A stretch of DNA of 64,000 bases from Octopus vulgaris (taxonomy: Eukaryota): assembly GCA_951406725.2 (NCBI GenBank), contig OX597832.1, positions 48,670,001 through 48,734,000 of the forward strand, written 5' to 3'. The notes beneath the pieces were generated by a model, which worked only from the letters and a program-made list of their open reading frames with translations, was not told where the DNA came from and did no database searches. The position numbers were made by a program, and so were the translations under genes. Of this stretch, positions 14,003 to 26,399 are shown piece by piece. How positions within the stretch are numbered: position 1 is the stretch's first letter; every line of letters starts with the position of its first letter.

Positions 14003-14167
14003 TACGACGGGCTTCTTTCAGTTTCCGTCTACCAAATCCACTCACAAGGCTTTGGTCGGCCCGAGGCTATAGTAGAAGACACTTGCCCAAGGTGTCACGC
14101 AGTGGGACTGAACCCGGAACCATGTAGTTGGTAAGCAAGCTACTTACCACACAGCCACTCCTGCGCC
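13744..14167 (-). mobile_element. SINE family A, full length
   Basis: Reverse complement of the 3716 copy. Confidence 0.92.
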
Positions 14168-14628
14168 TTGTATGTTTGTATACATATGTATATATATGTT
14201 ATAAATATAAATATTATGCGTGTGAGCGCGTGAATAATCTGCTTTTGTGTTGTATTCTATTCCCAAACAGTTGTATTCGTTTCAGCCTGTTGGTTACATT
14301 GTGTGGCATATGTACATGTATGAACGTATATCAATCAAACTGAAGATATCTTTTAGAAAATCTGTCATCTCTTCTATGCTCTGCTGCTCTAGACGTCTAT
14401 TTATGCAAAGCTTCGAAGCATTTCTAAGACCTACTTAACAACATGCTAATAATGCATACAACGGTACCTTAACGGTTACTACGTAATAGAATTACTGCCA
14501 GTCGGCTGCTGAAATTCTTACGCATTGCTAACATACTAGCGAAGGTTTTCTCGTTAAAAAAAAAAAAAGAGAGTGAAATAACACCAACAACAGCAGCAAC
14601 ACCAATAGTAGTAATAATAATAATAATG

Positions 14629-14661
<33 letters not shown>

Positions 14662-14800
14662 GTAATAATAATAATGCATGCGATGCAGAATCGAGCAGAT
14701 GTTTCTTTGATGTTAAAATGAAAATAATGACAAGATGCTATGTTCAATCTGACTTTGCCCTCTCTTTCTCGCCGTTCGTCTGTAGAATTCACTTTCTCTG

Positions 14801-14835
<35 letters not shown>

Positions 14836-15170
14836 TTATCTCCCACTATCTCTCTCTCTCCCCTACTATTTCTCCCTTACATTACTCTGTCTTATTCTTT
14901 CGTCTTCCACCTCGCTCTGTCTCTCTCCCCCTCTCTCTATCTTCTCTCCCTTTCGCTTTCTTTTTTTACGTCTGTTTAGCCAAAGCAGAATTTGTTCCAT
15001 TCTGCACGGATGAACAATTCTTGTGCCAAGAATATATATGTCTTTGCATTAGCACCTGAAATGTGTAATACTTTCTTCACAAAGAATAGGTCATAGTACA
15101 AAACAACGTAAGGGCGTACGCATTTACATACACACATATATGTACATGCACTCCCAACACACGTATGTGC

Positions 15171-15174
<4 letters not shown>

Positions 15175-15266
<92 letters not shown>

Positions 15267-15554
15267 ATATATATATATACAAAAAATACATATGTATATA
15301 CATACATATATATATATATATATATACATATATATACATTTATATATATATACATACACACACACATATATATATATATATGTATATATATATACATATG
15401 TATATATATATATATATATATACATATATATATACATATATATACATATATATATACATACATATACATATATATACATATACATATACATATCCATACA
15501 TATATATATATATATATGTATATATATAGATATATAAATATATCTATATATACA

Positions 15555-15588
<34 letters not shown>

Positions 15589-15881
15589 CGTATATATATA
15601 TATAAAGGAGCTCTCCGTCGGTTACGACGACGAGGGTCCCAGCTGATAGGATCAACGGAACAGCTTGCACGTGAAATTAACGTGCAAGTGGCCGAGCACT
15701 CCACAGACACGTGTACCCTAAACGTAGTTCTTAGGGAGATATTTGTATATATGCATGTATGTATGTATATTATTATATACATCATCCCCTTGCAGTGATG
15801 GAGAATAGACGAACTTTAGGCTCTCTGAAATATGTTTGTGACATATTTTAACTCCTAAAGGCAAATTCACTGCAGTTACCT

Positions 15882-15914
<33 letters not shown>

Positions 15915-16090
15915 AAGAGAGTGTGTGTGTGTGTGTGTGAATGCGTGTGTGTGTGAATGCATGTGTGCGTTTGTGTATGTGTTCCTACATGTTTGTGTGT
16001 GAATATGTGTGTGTGTTTGCGTGAGTGTACGTGCGTGCTTGCGTGTGTAGGTGTGTATGTAATGTATGTATGTATGTATATATATATGTA

Positions 16091-16129
<39 letters not shown>

Positions 16130-16140
16130 GTATATATATG

Positions 16141-16205
<65 letters not shown>
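15175..16205. repeat. (TA)n/(TACA)n/(TG)n microsatellite cluster
   Basis: Directly visible; interrupted by a SINE C fragment. Confidence 0.9.
15607..15742 (-). mobile_element. SINE family C 3' fragment
   Basis: ctccgtcggttacgacgacgaggg..ccacagacacgtgtaccct. Confidence 0.85.
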
Positions 16206-16210
<5 letters not shown>

Positions 16211-16384
16211 ATCTATTTATACGTAGCAGCGTATAGCAATTTAATTGAAGTAGGTTAGAATAATATAAGTCGTCACTGGGTGTAAATGAAAATGAAAACA
16301 CAAACAAACTTTACACTACTGATCCTCGGCAAAAGGGATGATGTCAGCTTACGGACAGCTTTACGATACGTTGACGGCTCCAGT

Positions 16385-16925
16385 GGATTTCATGCCTTTC
16401 CTGGCTTCTCATCTTAACTGATTGGAAGTGTTATCATGTATATTGTTTTGTCTTGGTATAAAAGATGGGCTACAGCAAATATCCTGCTCTATACCACAGA
16501 TTGGCTTGTCACTTGCTTGACCTTAACCAGTTGAGCATGTCTCTTGGTCACTGACGATATTTGCATCTCTGATCACGAGTAGAAGTAGTGGGGGAGTATC
16601 ATAGCCATGTGTTGAGAGGGATTCTTTGGGGTTTGGATAATTCACCTTTGGAAACATGGATGCTTCGTTCAACATTCCTACACAATCCTTTTTCAGGGAC
16701 CTTTTGAGTGGGACGGGTTACTCGACCTGAAGAAAATTCTAACTGGACCCCACCTGTAAGGTCATGCGCTGTTCACCTTGGCATGAGATCACCCTGTCAC
16801 GCACATATGGTTGTGATGCATGTGCCTAGTGTACCCTTATCAGATAGGTAGTCATGATGGGTATACTGGGCTTCGTATATTTTACCCCAGTGTCACTTTG
16901 ATGGCATGCACTCTCTCACTCAATA
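16385..16925 (+). mobile_element. Unclassified ~530-bp interspersed repeat (family F) ending in (AAT)n
   Basis: Close reverse-complement match to 53290-53820 and partial match to ~61995-62155. No ORF and no tRNA head seen. Confidence 0.85.
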
Positions 16926-17467
16926 CTCCTAATAATAATTAATAATGAAGATGATTAAAATGCTGATGGTGATGATGGTCATGATAACAGCTACAACAAA
17001 GAAAAACAACCAGAATGATACAAACACCATTTAAGTTGTTTTATGAAACAATATCAAAGTTAGGAAGCACTCGTGGTGTTTCTAATGTATCTCATAAACG
17101 TTTTATGTTTTATGGTTTTTAAGCGTATAATAGGTTCTCATTAGTATTTAATGGTTTATACGTCTTTGTAGTTTTTAGCATTCAGAATTAATGAGTTTAC
17201 TATTACTGAATTCGTAATTTTCATTATTGAATCTATTGTTGTTGTGCTTGTTGTTATTCTTTAACCTAAGATCAGCTCTGATTGAGCAGATATATCACCA
17301 AATATATTCCACTCTCGACCTTTTCACTCTTCCGTTTTACGCAAGATACTGTTGACCCATGATCATACTCTCCAATAGTATCATTTTTATTAAGGCGGTA
17401 AATAGATATCATAGTACACCATGAATACAAAGAAAGGAGATAAACCTACTCACACGCACGCAAGCCA

Positions 17468-17509
<42 letters not shown>

Positions 17510-17534
17510 ATATATATATGCCTTTCTTTTATTC

Positions 17535-17750
17535 TTCTATTCTTTTACTTGTTTCAGTCATTTGACTGCGGCCATGCTGTATCATCGCTTTGAAGGGTTT
17601 TAGGGAACAAATCGACCCCAGGACTTTTTAATGCCTAGTACTTATTATAACGAGTATCTTTCGCCGAACCGCTAAGTTACGAGAACATAAACACACCAAC
17701 ATCGGTTGTCAAGCGATGGTGGGGGACAAACACAGATGCAAAGACACACT
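17535..17750 (-). mobile_element. SINE family A 3' half (older variant)
   Basis: cttttacttgtttcagtcatttgactgcggccatgctg..ccgaaccgctaagttacg. Confidence 0.85.
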
Positions 17751-17834
17751 CTCTCTCCCTCTCTCCCTCACACACACACACACATATATATACATATATA
17801 TATTTACATATGTATGTATACACGCACACATATA

Positions 17835-18165
17835 TATATCAGTTGAATAAAATTACAACATGGTCTGGTTTTCACGTTTTTTTTATTATTGTATTAAAAA
17901 TAATTTCTTTTTTACAATGTTGAAGTGTGTTACACATTAAAAACAAATATTTAGTAATGTTCCTAAAGTTCAATTTTTCGACAAATTCAACTTGTCGGAG
18001 CCTTCTAAAAAGTACAAAAAGGAGGAAGTTGTCACGCACTCAACTCAACTGTCAGTGAATACATCTTGAAATCTGATGATTACTACGAACGTATGAAAGC
18101 ACAAATTGAACTTTATGAATATTACTAAATACTTTTTTTAAAGTTTAACACACTTCAACTGATAT
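17835..18165. mobile_element. Foldback/MITE-like relic with ~56-bp imperfect inverted arms
   Basis: 17919-17975 (gttgaagtgtgtta..tatttagtaatgttcctaaagttcaatt) pairs with 18104-18159. Outer atatcagttgaa / ttcaactgatat also complementary. Confidence 0.6.
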
Positions 18166-18194
18166 TACTCTATACACATTTACACAAATTCGGA

Positions 18195-18696
<502 letters not shown>

Positions 18697-18705
18697 TACA
18701 TATAC

Positions 18706-18738
<33 letters not shown>

Positions 18739-18775
18739 GCGCATATATTTGTATAATACATAAGCATACACAAAC

Positions 18776-18816
<41 letters not shown>

Positions 18817-18831
18817 TGTATACGTATATAT

Positions 18832-19197
18832 AGGCGCAGGAGTAGTTGTGTGGTAAGTAGCTTGCTTACGAACCACATGTGTCCGGGTTCAGTCCCACTG
18901 CGTGGCACCTTGGGCAAGTGTCTTCTATTATTGCCTCGGGCCGACCAAAGCCTTGTGGGTGGAAACTGAAAGAAGCCCGTCGTTTATATGTATATGTATA
19001 TATATGTGTGTGTTTGTCCCCCCCCCCCCCAACAATGTTCGTGTGTCGATGTCCCCGTAACTTAGCGATTCGGCAAAAGAGACCGATAGAATAAGCACTA
19101 GGCTTACAAAGAATAAGTCCTGAGGTCGATTTGCTCGACTAAAGGCGGTGCTCCAGCGTGTCTGAAACATGACTGAAACAAGTAAAAAGAAGAGGAG
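18832..19197 (+). mobile_element. SINE family A with small internal deletions
   Basis: Matches the 3716 copy. Confidence 0.9.
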
Positions 19198-19242
19198 TAT
19201 ATACAGTACATTTACATATATATGTATACATACATACATACA

Positions 19243-19276
<34 letters not shown>

Positions 19277-21004
19277 CATACATACATGCACTGATGTATG
19301 CATCTATATTTTTTTTTTGCTAAGATCGATAATCGAAAGTATTGCTTGTCTGCGTTTCACATTAACATAGCTTTTAATTTCGTCCATTTTCTTTTTTCCT
19401 TACACGTATATTTTCTTCATACTGCGATTAAATACATATCTATGTCTCTCTAAATAGTTAGTCTCAACTTTCGATAATACGCAATACTATTCGCTATCAT
19501 CACTCCAGAATAGAAATGAAGAATTCGTCATCTGATAAGAATGATATTTCCTTCTTTTTTTCTTCATTCTACAGCAAACTTTCTGATCAACATACTCGAA
19601 GCGCTATTGTTATTGATAACTTGGAAGATACCAATACATTTATTTATTTATGCATTTATTTATTTATTTATTTTTATTCATTTATTTATTCATTATTTTT
19701 ACTTTTAGAGAATGCCACTGAGGTTTATCGGGATATATGCCATAAAACTTTTATAGTTAAAAATGGTGAAATAAATTGTAACGAAGTCAAACATAGAAAA
19801 ATACATTGTCGAAATATGGATTCACCTTCAACACAGGCGACAAAGTTATTCAACGAATGGCGGCGGAAATCGTCTGCCTGTCTCTATGAATATCACGCAC
19901 ACACACACATACACACACACATATTTATACTGTGGCTTTTAAAAGTAGGGACATTTAATAGTATTTGAACCATCAGATTTATACTCTAAACTAAATTTTC
20001 GTATGAGCCAACTTAAAGACATGGTTTCTTGTTTTGTGTTTGCATTTTTCTTTATTTGATCTCTGTATTCCGCTCTCTTTCTTTTTCATCACAATCTATT
20101 CCCCATTTATGTGTGCGCATGTAAGATATGTATGTTAGTGTATGTGCCTATATATATGCACGTGTATATGTATATGTGCTTACACAAACACACATATATA
20201 TGTACATATTTACATATATATATGTGTGTGTGTTTGTACACGTATTTATCAATGCATATGTGTTTGTACGATCAATCGACCTTCTCAAATAGCTTGCAAG
20301 GATAGCTTTAAAATCAGAATGTAGAAGAAATTCGAATGGAAAATAAAAGAGAATGGTAACAATGGAATAACAGGAATAACACAAAAGAATATAACGAAAG
20401 ATATAAAAAAGATTAAAAAAAAAAAAGAAATCTATTTTATTTTTACTCTTTATGCTTTTGCTCAAACGTTACTGATTTGATATTCCATTTGCGACTGCAT
20501 ATGTCTACAACTTGTATTTGTACGAGTAAAAGTGATTGGATATGATAAATTGAACTATAGGCTAACATCGAACTGTATAATGCTTCCAGTATTGATTCGT
20601 ATCATGGAAATCAGGTCACATATTTCGGGGATGTGTACAATAAAGAAAATTGACCCCACTACTTGACCGATACTTTATAGCTTTTAATATCAATAATCTT
20701 CTAGCCAGGATCAAATAGTAGTATCAATAAAATCGATTAAATTCAAATTGAATTATTTTTATTTCAGGTAAAAATTATTTTCAGGTAAAAATTATTTTCC
20801 TTAAATTATTTTTATTTCAGGTAAAAATTATTACCTCCAATTTTCTGATTTTCCTTAAATGGCGGTGCCCCAGCATGGCCACAGCTCATGAGCTGAAACT
20901 GGAATCAATCAATCAATCAATACATAACTCTCTGTTCAACATGCAGAAGACATCCATGGGAAATTATTTAAACGCAAGGTATATGTATATGTGTGCGCGC
21001 GCGC

Positions 21005-21040
<36 letters not shown>

Positions 21041-21341
21041 ATGCTTATGTATACATCTACGTACGCATATGTATACATACTTATACATACATATATAAAT
21101 GTGCGCGTGCGCGTGTGCATTTGGGGAGGGTCTTTCTAACAAAATACAATAATATCGGTTTCAAGACACATCAAGGATCTCGCGAAACAAATAAAAGCGC
21201 GCAACACAACAAACACCCCCCCACACACACACATATATATATATACACATGTATATATATACATACTTATATGTACATACAATGCACATCTATATATTCA
21301 CATATACATATATATGCATACATTTATCTATCTATGTATAT

Positions 21342-21393
<52 letters not shown>

Positions 21394-21809
21394 TTATGTA
21401 TATATATGTATATATACATGTAGGTATGTATGTGTGTGTGCTCTATATAAAGATATATATATACACAATATATTATATATATATTATATATACATACATA
21501 TATGTGTGTGTTTGTGTGTGTGTGTATATGTATGTACGTACGTATATAAACCTGATAAGGATTGTGAAGCTACAGACGTATAGTGTGACCTACGTACAAG
21601 CAGCAGAGATAGGCGTAGATGTTTAAGAGACTCTGTACTGGAATATGTTTGTTTAAAAACATCTATCGATATACATCTTAATCCTATATCTAACATGTTT
21701 GTTCGCAATCAAGAAATGCATGTTGATTATCTGATGTTAGAGTGCTTCTCTACCACTCACCGGCCCTCAACAAAAGGTTTTCTTTTTGCTGTGTATACTA
21801 TACCAGACT

Positions 21810-22200
21810 GTGGAGGCGCAATGGCCCAGTGGTTAGGGCAGCGGACTCGCGGTCGTAGGATCGTGGTTTCGATTCCCAAACCGGGGGTTGTGAGTGTTTA
21901 TTGAGCGAAAACACCTAAAAAGCTCCACGAGGCTCCGGCAGAGGATGGTGGTGATCCCTGCTGTACTCTTTCACCACAACTTTCTCTCACTCTTACTTCC
22001 TGTTTCTGTTGTACCTCTATTTCAAGGGGCCGGCCTTGTCACTCTCTGTGTCACGCTGAATATCCCCCGAGAACTACGTGAAGGGTACACGTGTCTGTGG
22101 AGTGCTCAGCCACTTACACGCTAATTTCACGAGCAGGCTGTTCCGTTGATTCGGATCAACCGGAACCCTCATCGTCGTAACCGACGGAGTGCTTCTCTCT
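21810..22200 (+). mobile_element. SINE family C, full length, with 16-bp TSD
   Basis: TSD tactataccagactgt at 21796-21811 and 22202-22217; A box tggcccagtgg, B box gtttcgattcc. Confidence 0.93.
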
Positions 22201-23339
22201 CTACTATACCAGACTGTAAGCTATCAAATATATCATCATTTTGCAGTAAGTGAATGATCTCCGGCTTTTAATGCGCTTCTGTATATATTTATTTGAATAT
22301 TTCTTCATTTACTTATCCCATTGTTACAAGCTGTTGGGCGTTGAATACTGATAACCATTATGCACTCCGACCTAATAATAAATACTGTTCAGAGTTTCTC
22401 CAAATGTATTGTCTTCAGGACAGTCCTACGCCCACGTTCGGAATAAGATTTCCTGGTGAAGCAAAATAAATGAAACGACGTTTTGATTTCTCCTACGTTT
22501 TTGACCTTTTCTTATGTGTAAAGTAATGAAGGAATCTAAAAAAAAGAAAAAAGAAAAAGAAGAATCAGTCTAGAAATTTGGGATTGGCTTTACTTTTGTG
22601 TAAATACAGTATGTGCAGCGGTCTGGGTCTTTACATGTTAATGCATATCACACACAGAAGTCTATTCGGCAGAGTGCTCGCATCATATACACTCAGACAT
22701 GATATCCTATATCGAAACGGAGCGATGAGAAAGTTGGCTAGAGAACTAAACTTAATATAAAAACGAAGGTTTATGAAGTATCTGGTGGGTTCGATTTAAT
22801 TAAATGTCTCTTTCTCCTGACGTTTGATTGATTCAATGTTCAACCATACGGAGACGGAATATATTAGAGTTTCTCCATTGAAACATTACAGAGATATTTA
22901 CATTTCTCGCAATTTCCCGAGGGAATGAATGAAACGATTTAATAAATAACGATAGAATTCTTGAACGCTTCATACAAACAGTCCACAAACCGCTCACTTT
23001 CTGACAATATGTCTATTATAATATAACCGCTTGTCATAATGCGAATACGTTATTTGCTGAGGCGTCAAAATGTTAGGACAAATATCACACTACTTCGCAT
23101 TATAAGAATTAGAATTTTAAAATGTATTATTACGTGCAGAGTTTATAATATATGCTAATACACGTCTAATTCATATGTTTTATTCACAACGCTTTATGCA
23201 GATGGCAGATATTATTACGTTTATAACAAGTCTATAATGTTTCTCAAAGTATGCTGTAATCTTGCGGAAGATGACACTTTGTGTTGCTATCTTAAGTAAT
23301 ATCCCAACAGAAGAACTTTTGTTATTATACTTTAGGGAG

Positions 23340-23795
23340 AAGGCAGCGAGCTGGAAGAATCGTTGGCGCTCCGGGCAAAGTACTTAGCAGCATTTCGTCC
23401 GTCTTTATGTTCTCGGGTTCAAATTCCGCCGAGGCCGATTTTGCCTTTTATCCTTTCAGGGTCGATAAATTAAGTACCAGTTGCTTACTGGGGTCGATCT
23501 AATCGAATAGCCCCTATCCCCCAAAATTTCAGACCCTGTGCTTATAATAGAAAGGATTATCATTCTTTAGGGAGAAGGCCGCGAGTTAGCAGAATCGTTA
23601 GCCCGCCGGGTAAAATGCTTAACCGCATTTCTTCCGTCTTTACGTTCCGAGTTCAAATTCCGTCAAGGCCGACTTTGCCTTTCATCCTTTCAGGGTCGAT
23701 AAAATTAAGTACCAGTGAAACACTAGGGTCGATGGAATCAACTAATCCCCTAAAAACAAATTTCTCGCCTGGTGCCAGTAGTAGAATGGATTATT
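23340..23795 (+). mobile_element. Two adjacent full-head SINE B monomers (tail type ii)
   Basis: Both start after ctttagggag; tails aaaatttcag..gtgcttataatagaaagg and its diverged equivalent. Confidence 0.85.
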
Positions 23796-25469
23796 CGGGG
23801 TTTAAGAATATAAAGACAACTAATTAATGGTTGGTAACAAATCAGAATACATACTTTTTCTCTTTGTTTTACTTGCTTCAAGCATTGCACTGCGGCTTTA
23901 CTGGAGCAGCGCATTGAAGGGTTTATTTGAATAAATCGACCCCAGTACATATCTTATGAGTCTGGTACTTATCCTATCTTCTGTCTTGCTGAAATGCTAG
24001 TTATGGGGATCTAACCAAACCGACATTGTCATAGATTCTGTAATAAATTTTAGTGGAAACTTTTAAAATGTGATATTAGATAAATCAAGATGGCAGTTAT
24101 AACCTTGCACAATAAAATCACGTGATTTATGTTTTGTAATCAAATGTCTTAAGCAAAGACCAATTATTAACGTGGTGCCAAATATTTTGTCGTTTATTCC
24201 CAGGCCAGCACTATCGCCAAGATAGTTCCAGAATTCTATCTTTTCCTTGTGCTCTTTTACTGAAGATAACAAGGTATAATTTATAGTAGATTTGGTTCCT
24301 ATTATTTTTAGGTCGAGGCACCATATTGGCATGTTGTGGCTTCTTTGTTGACACTTTCCTCCCAGGATATTTAACATGAATGATAAGAGAAACTCAACCT
24401 AAATGTGATTCGGATGGCTGGGTATTTTGCTTTCTGCTGTTCGTTGCTCGCTATAGAATACAAGATACACTGAAAATTTATTGTTGTGTTGTTGACATTT
24501 CTGTGAATATCGCATACTTTAGCAGGATGATAAACAAAGAAGCGTTCGTGTCAAAATATTTGAAAATGGTGGTCTACATTTGTTTCAGACAGCTCAGCGT
24601 GTGACTATCTCTCATGATACAGATATATATCAAGAATAAAAAATAAATAAGCATAGTGATAGTATATAAAAACTAACGAGTAAAAAGGAACACTACTAGC
24701 TTTGTTTCAACAAGATAAGAGTTATATTATATTCATCTTCGTGCCTTCACTTTAGGCATACCACTATAGATCCCCCACTTTTAAAGATGGCTGTGAATAT
24801 TTTCATAGTTAATATGATTGTAGTTTATGGCTTCTACGCTTGAAGATGACAGTCTAAATTATCTCACGTAACATGGAGAGATTTCTGTATCTCCTTCGTT
24901 CAAGGATAACTTTTAATATTTTGCTAATTCAATATGAAAGTGATTTATAGTTTAGTCATAAACAGCTAAAACAGAAATGTTGTAAATATGTTTTTTCCAC
25001 CGAAATTATTCAGTAATGGAGAATCCTGATGATTAAATGTAATAGAGGACGAAATATTTATGCCCTTCTCGGGAACGACTATCGCGCAGTTAAGCTTGAT
25101 GTATTACAGCAGAATGCCAAAACGTATCTCTAGTAATGTCACAGAAATCACTGAACAACTTGGTTAATTCATGTCGCATCCAACGATGATGCCAAAACCA
25201 AATGAATAAATTAATTGCTGCTGGTGCAGGGTTATTTAAAGACGGGAGTTTAATATGTGAAATATATTTAAAAAATGTACAAGATTTTTGTTATTGCTGG
25301 TTAACCTTAGGTCAGACATGATGCGACACTGATACGTATATATTATGAGACTTCCAGCTGGAGAAATCTTCTTTGCATTTTAACATACTGTGGTTTATTT
25401 TTCAGGGTTCTATATCTGTATATGTAGGGAGTAAGTTAATAAAGTTACTTCCAGAGTCATGCCGACGCA

Positions 25470-26292
25470 CAAGGATCGGTTGCCCGGTTTCCATGGTACA
25501 TAATTTTCCCACCTGGACGGGATGCGAAATTTTTTCCCGCAAGAGTTCCCGACTTCAGTTATGAACTCATTTGCATACAACCAATCAAAACACACCTTGA
25601 TCTTGTTGTCAAGAAAGCCCAACATAACATTTATGAATGTGTTAATAACAACCAATCTCTTAGCAAAACACACTCTACCGAGTAAACTCAAGAGGAAGAA
25701 CGGTGTTTAAGTCGACCGATCGCCAATTTATACCTGATTTTAGAAGGAGACAAGTAATTAGATATATTTGCAACCATACCAATTTTCAGATTTTGTTAGG
25801 GCCCCATATGGTAAAGATGTGGATGGGAAAAATGTGGGTAGAGGGTAATGGTCTAGCAACCCTCTCCCCTTACTGTTTTACAAAGTAAACAAAAATACAA
25901 ATAACTACCCAGGGGCAGCCATGGTTGAAACAAGAACAAGAACAACAGGTATTATTAAAAGAGAAAAGAAGCATGGTCATTCCTTACCCAAGGGATCTTA
26001 TCTTATCGCCCATCACTTATGCACTCATAAATAAATTAGTTTGATAGTCGAGCTCTGATTGGCTGTATGCAAATGAGTTCATAACTGGGGTCCGGAACTC
26101 TCGTGGGAAAAAAATTTCGCGTACGAGATGCCGGTCCATCGCAAGATTAGTCATTTTTGCCAGCTGAGTGGACTGGAGCAACATGAAATGAAGTGCTTTG
26201 CTCAAGAACACATCACATCACCCGGTCCAGGAATTGAGACCACAGTCTTAAGACCACGAATCCAACAGCTTAACTAGTAAGCCACACGCCTT
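25470..26292 (-). mobile_element. SINE family E split by a TIR element
   Basis: Tail ccggtttccatgg..cctggacggg lies left of the insertion; atgccggtccatcgca..catttttgccagctgagtggactggagc and the tRNA head lie right of it. Confidence 0.8.
25522..26122. mobile_element. Non-autonomous DNA transposon with ~66-bp TIRs carrying octamer and CCAAT motifs
   Basis: 25522-25587 and 26056-26122 are inverted repeats (cgaaattttttccc..cagttatgaactcatttgcataca.ccaatca). Apparent TSD acggg/acgag. Confidence 0.8.
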
Positions 26293-26399
26293 CTTTCGGT
26301 ATCTGTATATTTCGAATTTTCTTCCATCTACCTTCTCTGTATTTGTAAAAGTTATTAGATTCCGAAAAGACAAAGTTCAAAAATTATTCTTAGTCGAGG

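Larger units (their letters stand above)
12886..14238. repeat. Local tandem duplication (~660-690-bp units), each carrying an antisense SINE A
   Basis: Unique segment aaatgtg.agttag..catctcgtgtgcacc..gaaaggttctgtgaaatcgtatcg at ~12886 and ~13546; shared end gttataaatataaa..gcgcgtgaataat. Confidence 0.9.

Noticed and set aside
19516-19968. 150-aa ORF with a good acceptor-like site at ~19573
   Set aside because: It runs through (TTTA)n and (CA)n tracts, with no recognisable domain or convincing donor.
21810-21885. tRNA-Arg-like sequence (also the heads of the other SINEs)
   Set aside because: No complete cloverleaf; it continues into a SINE body with a TSD.
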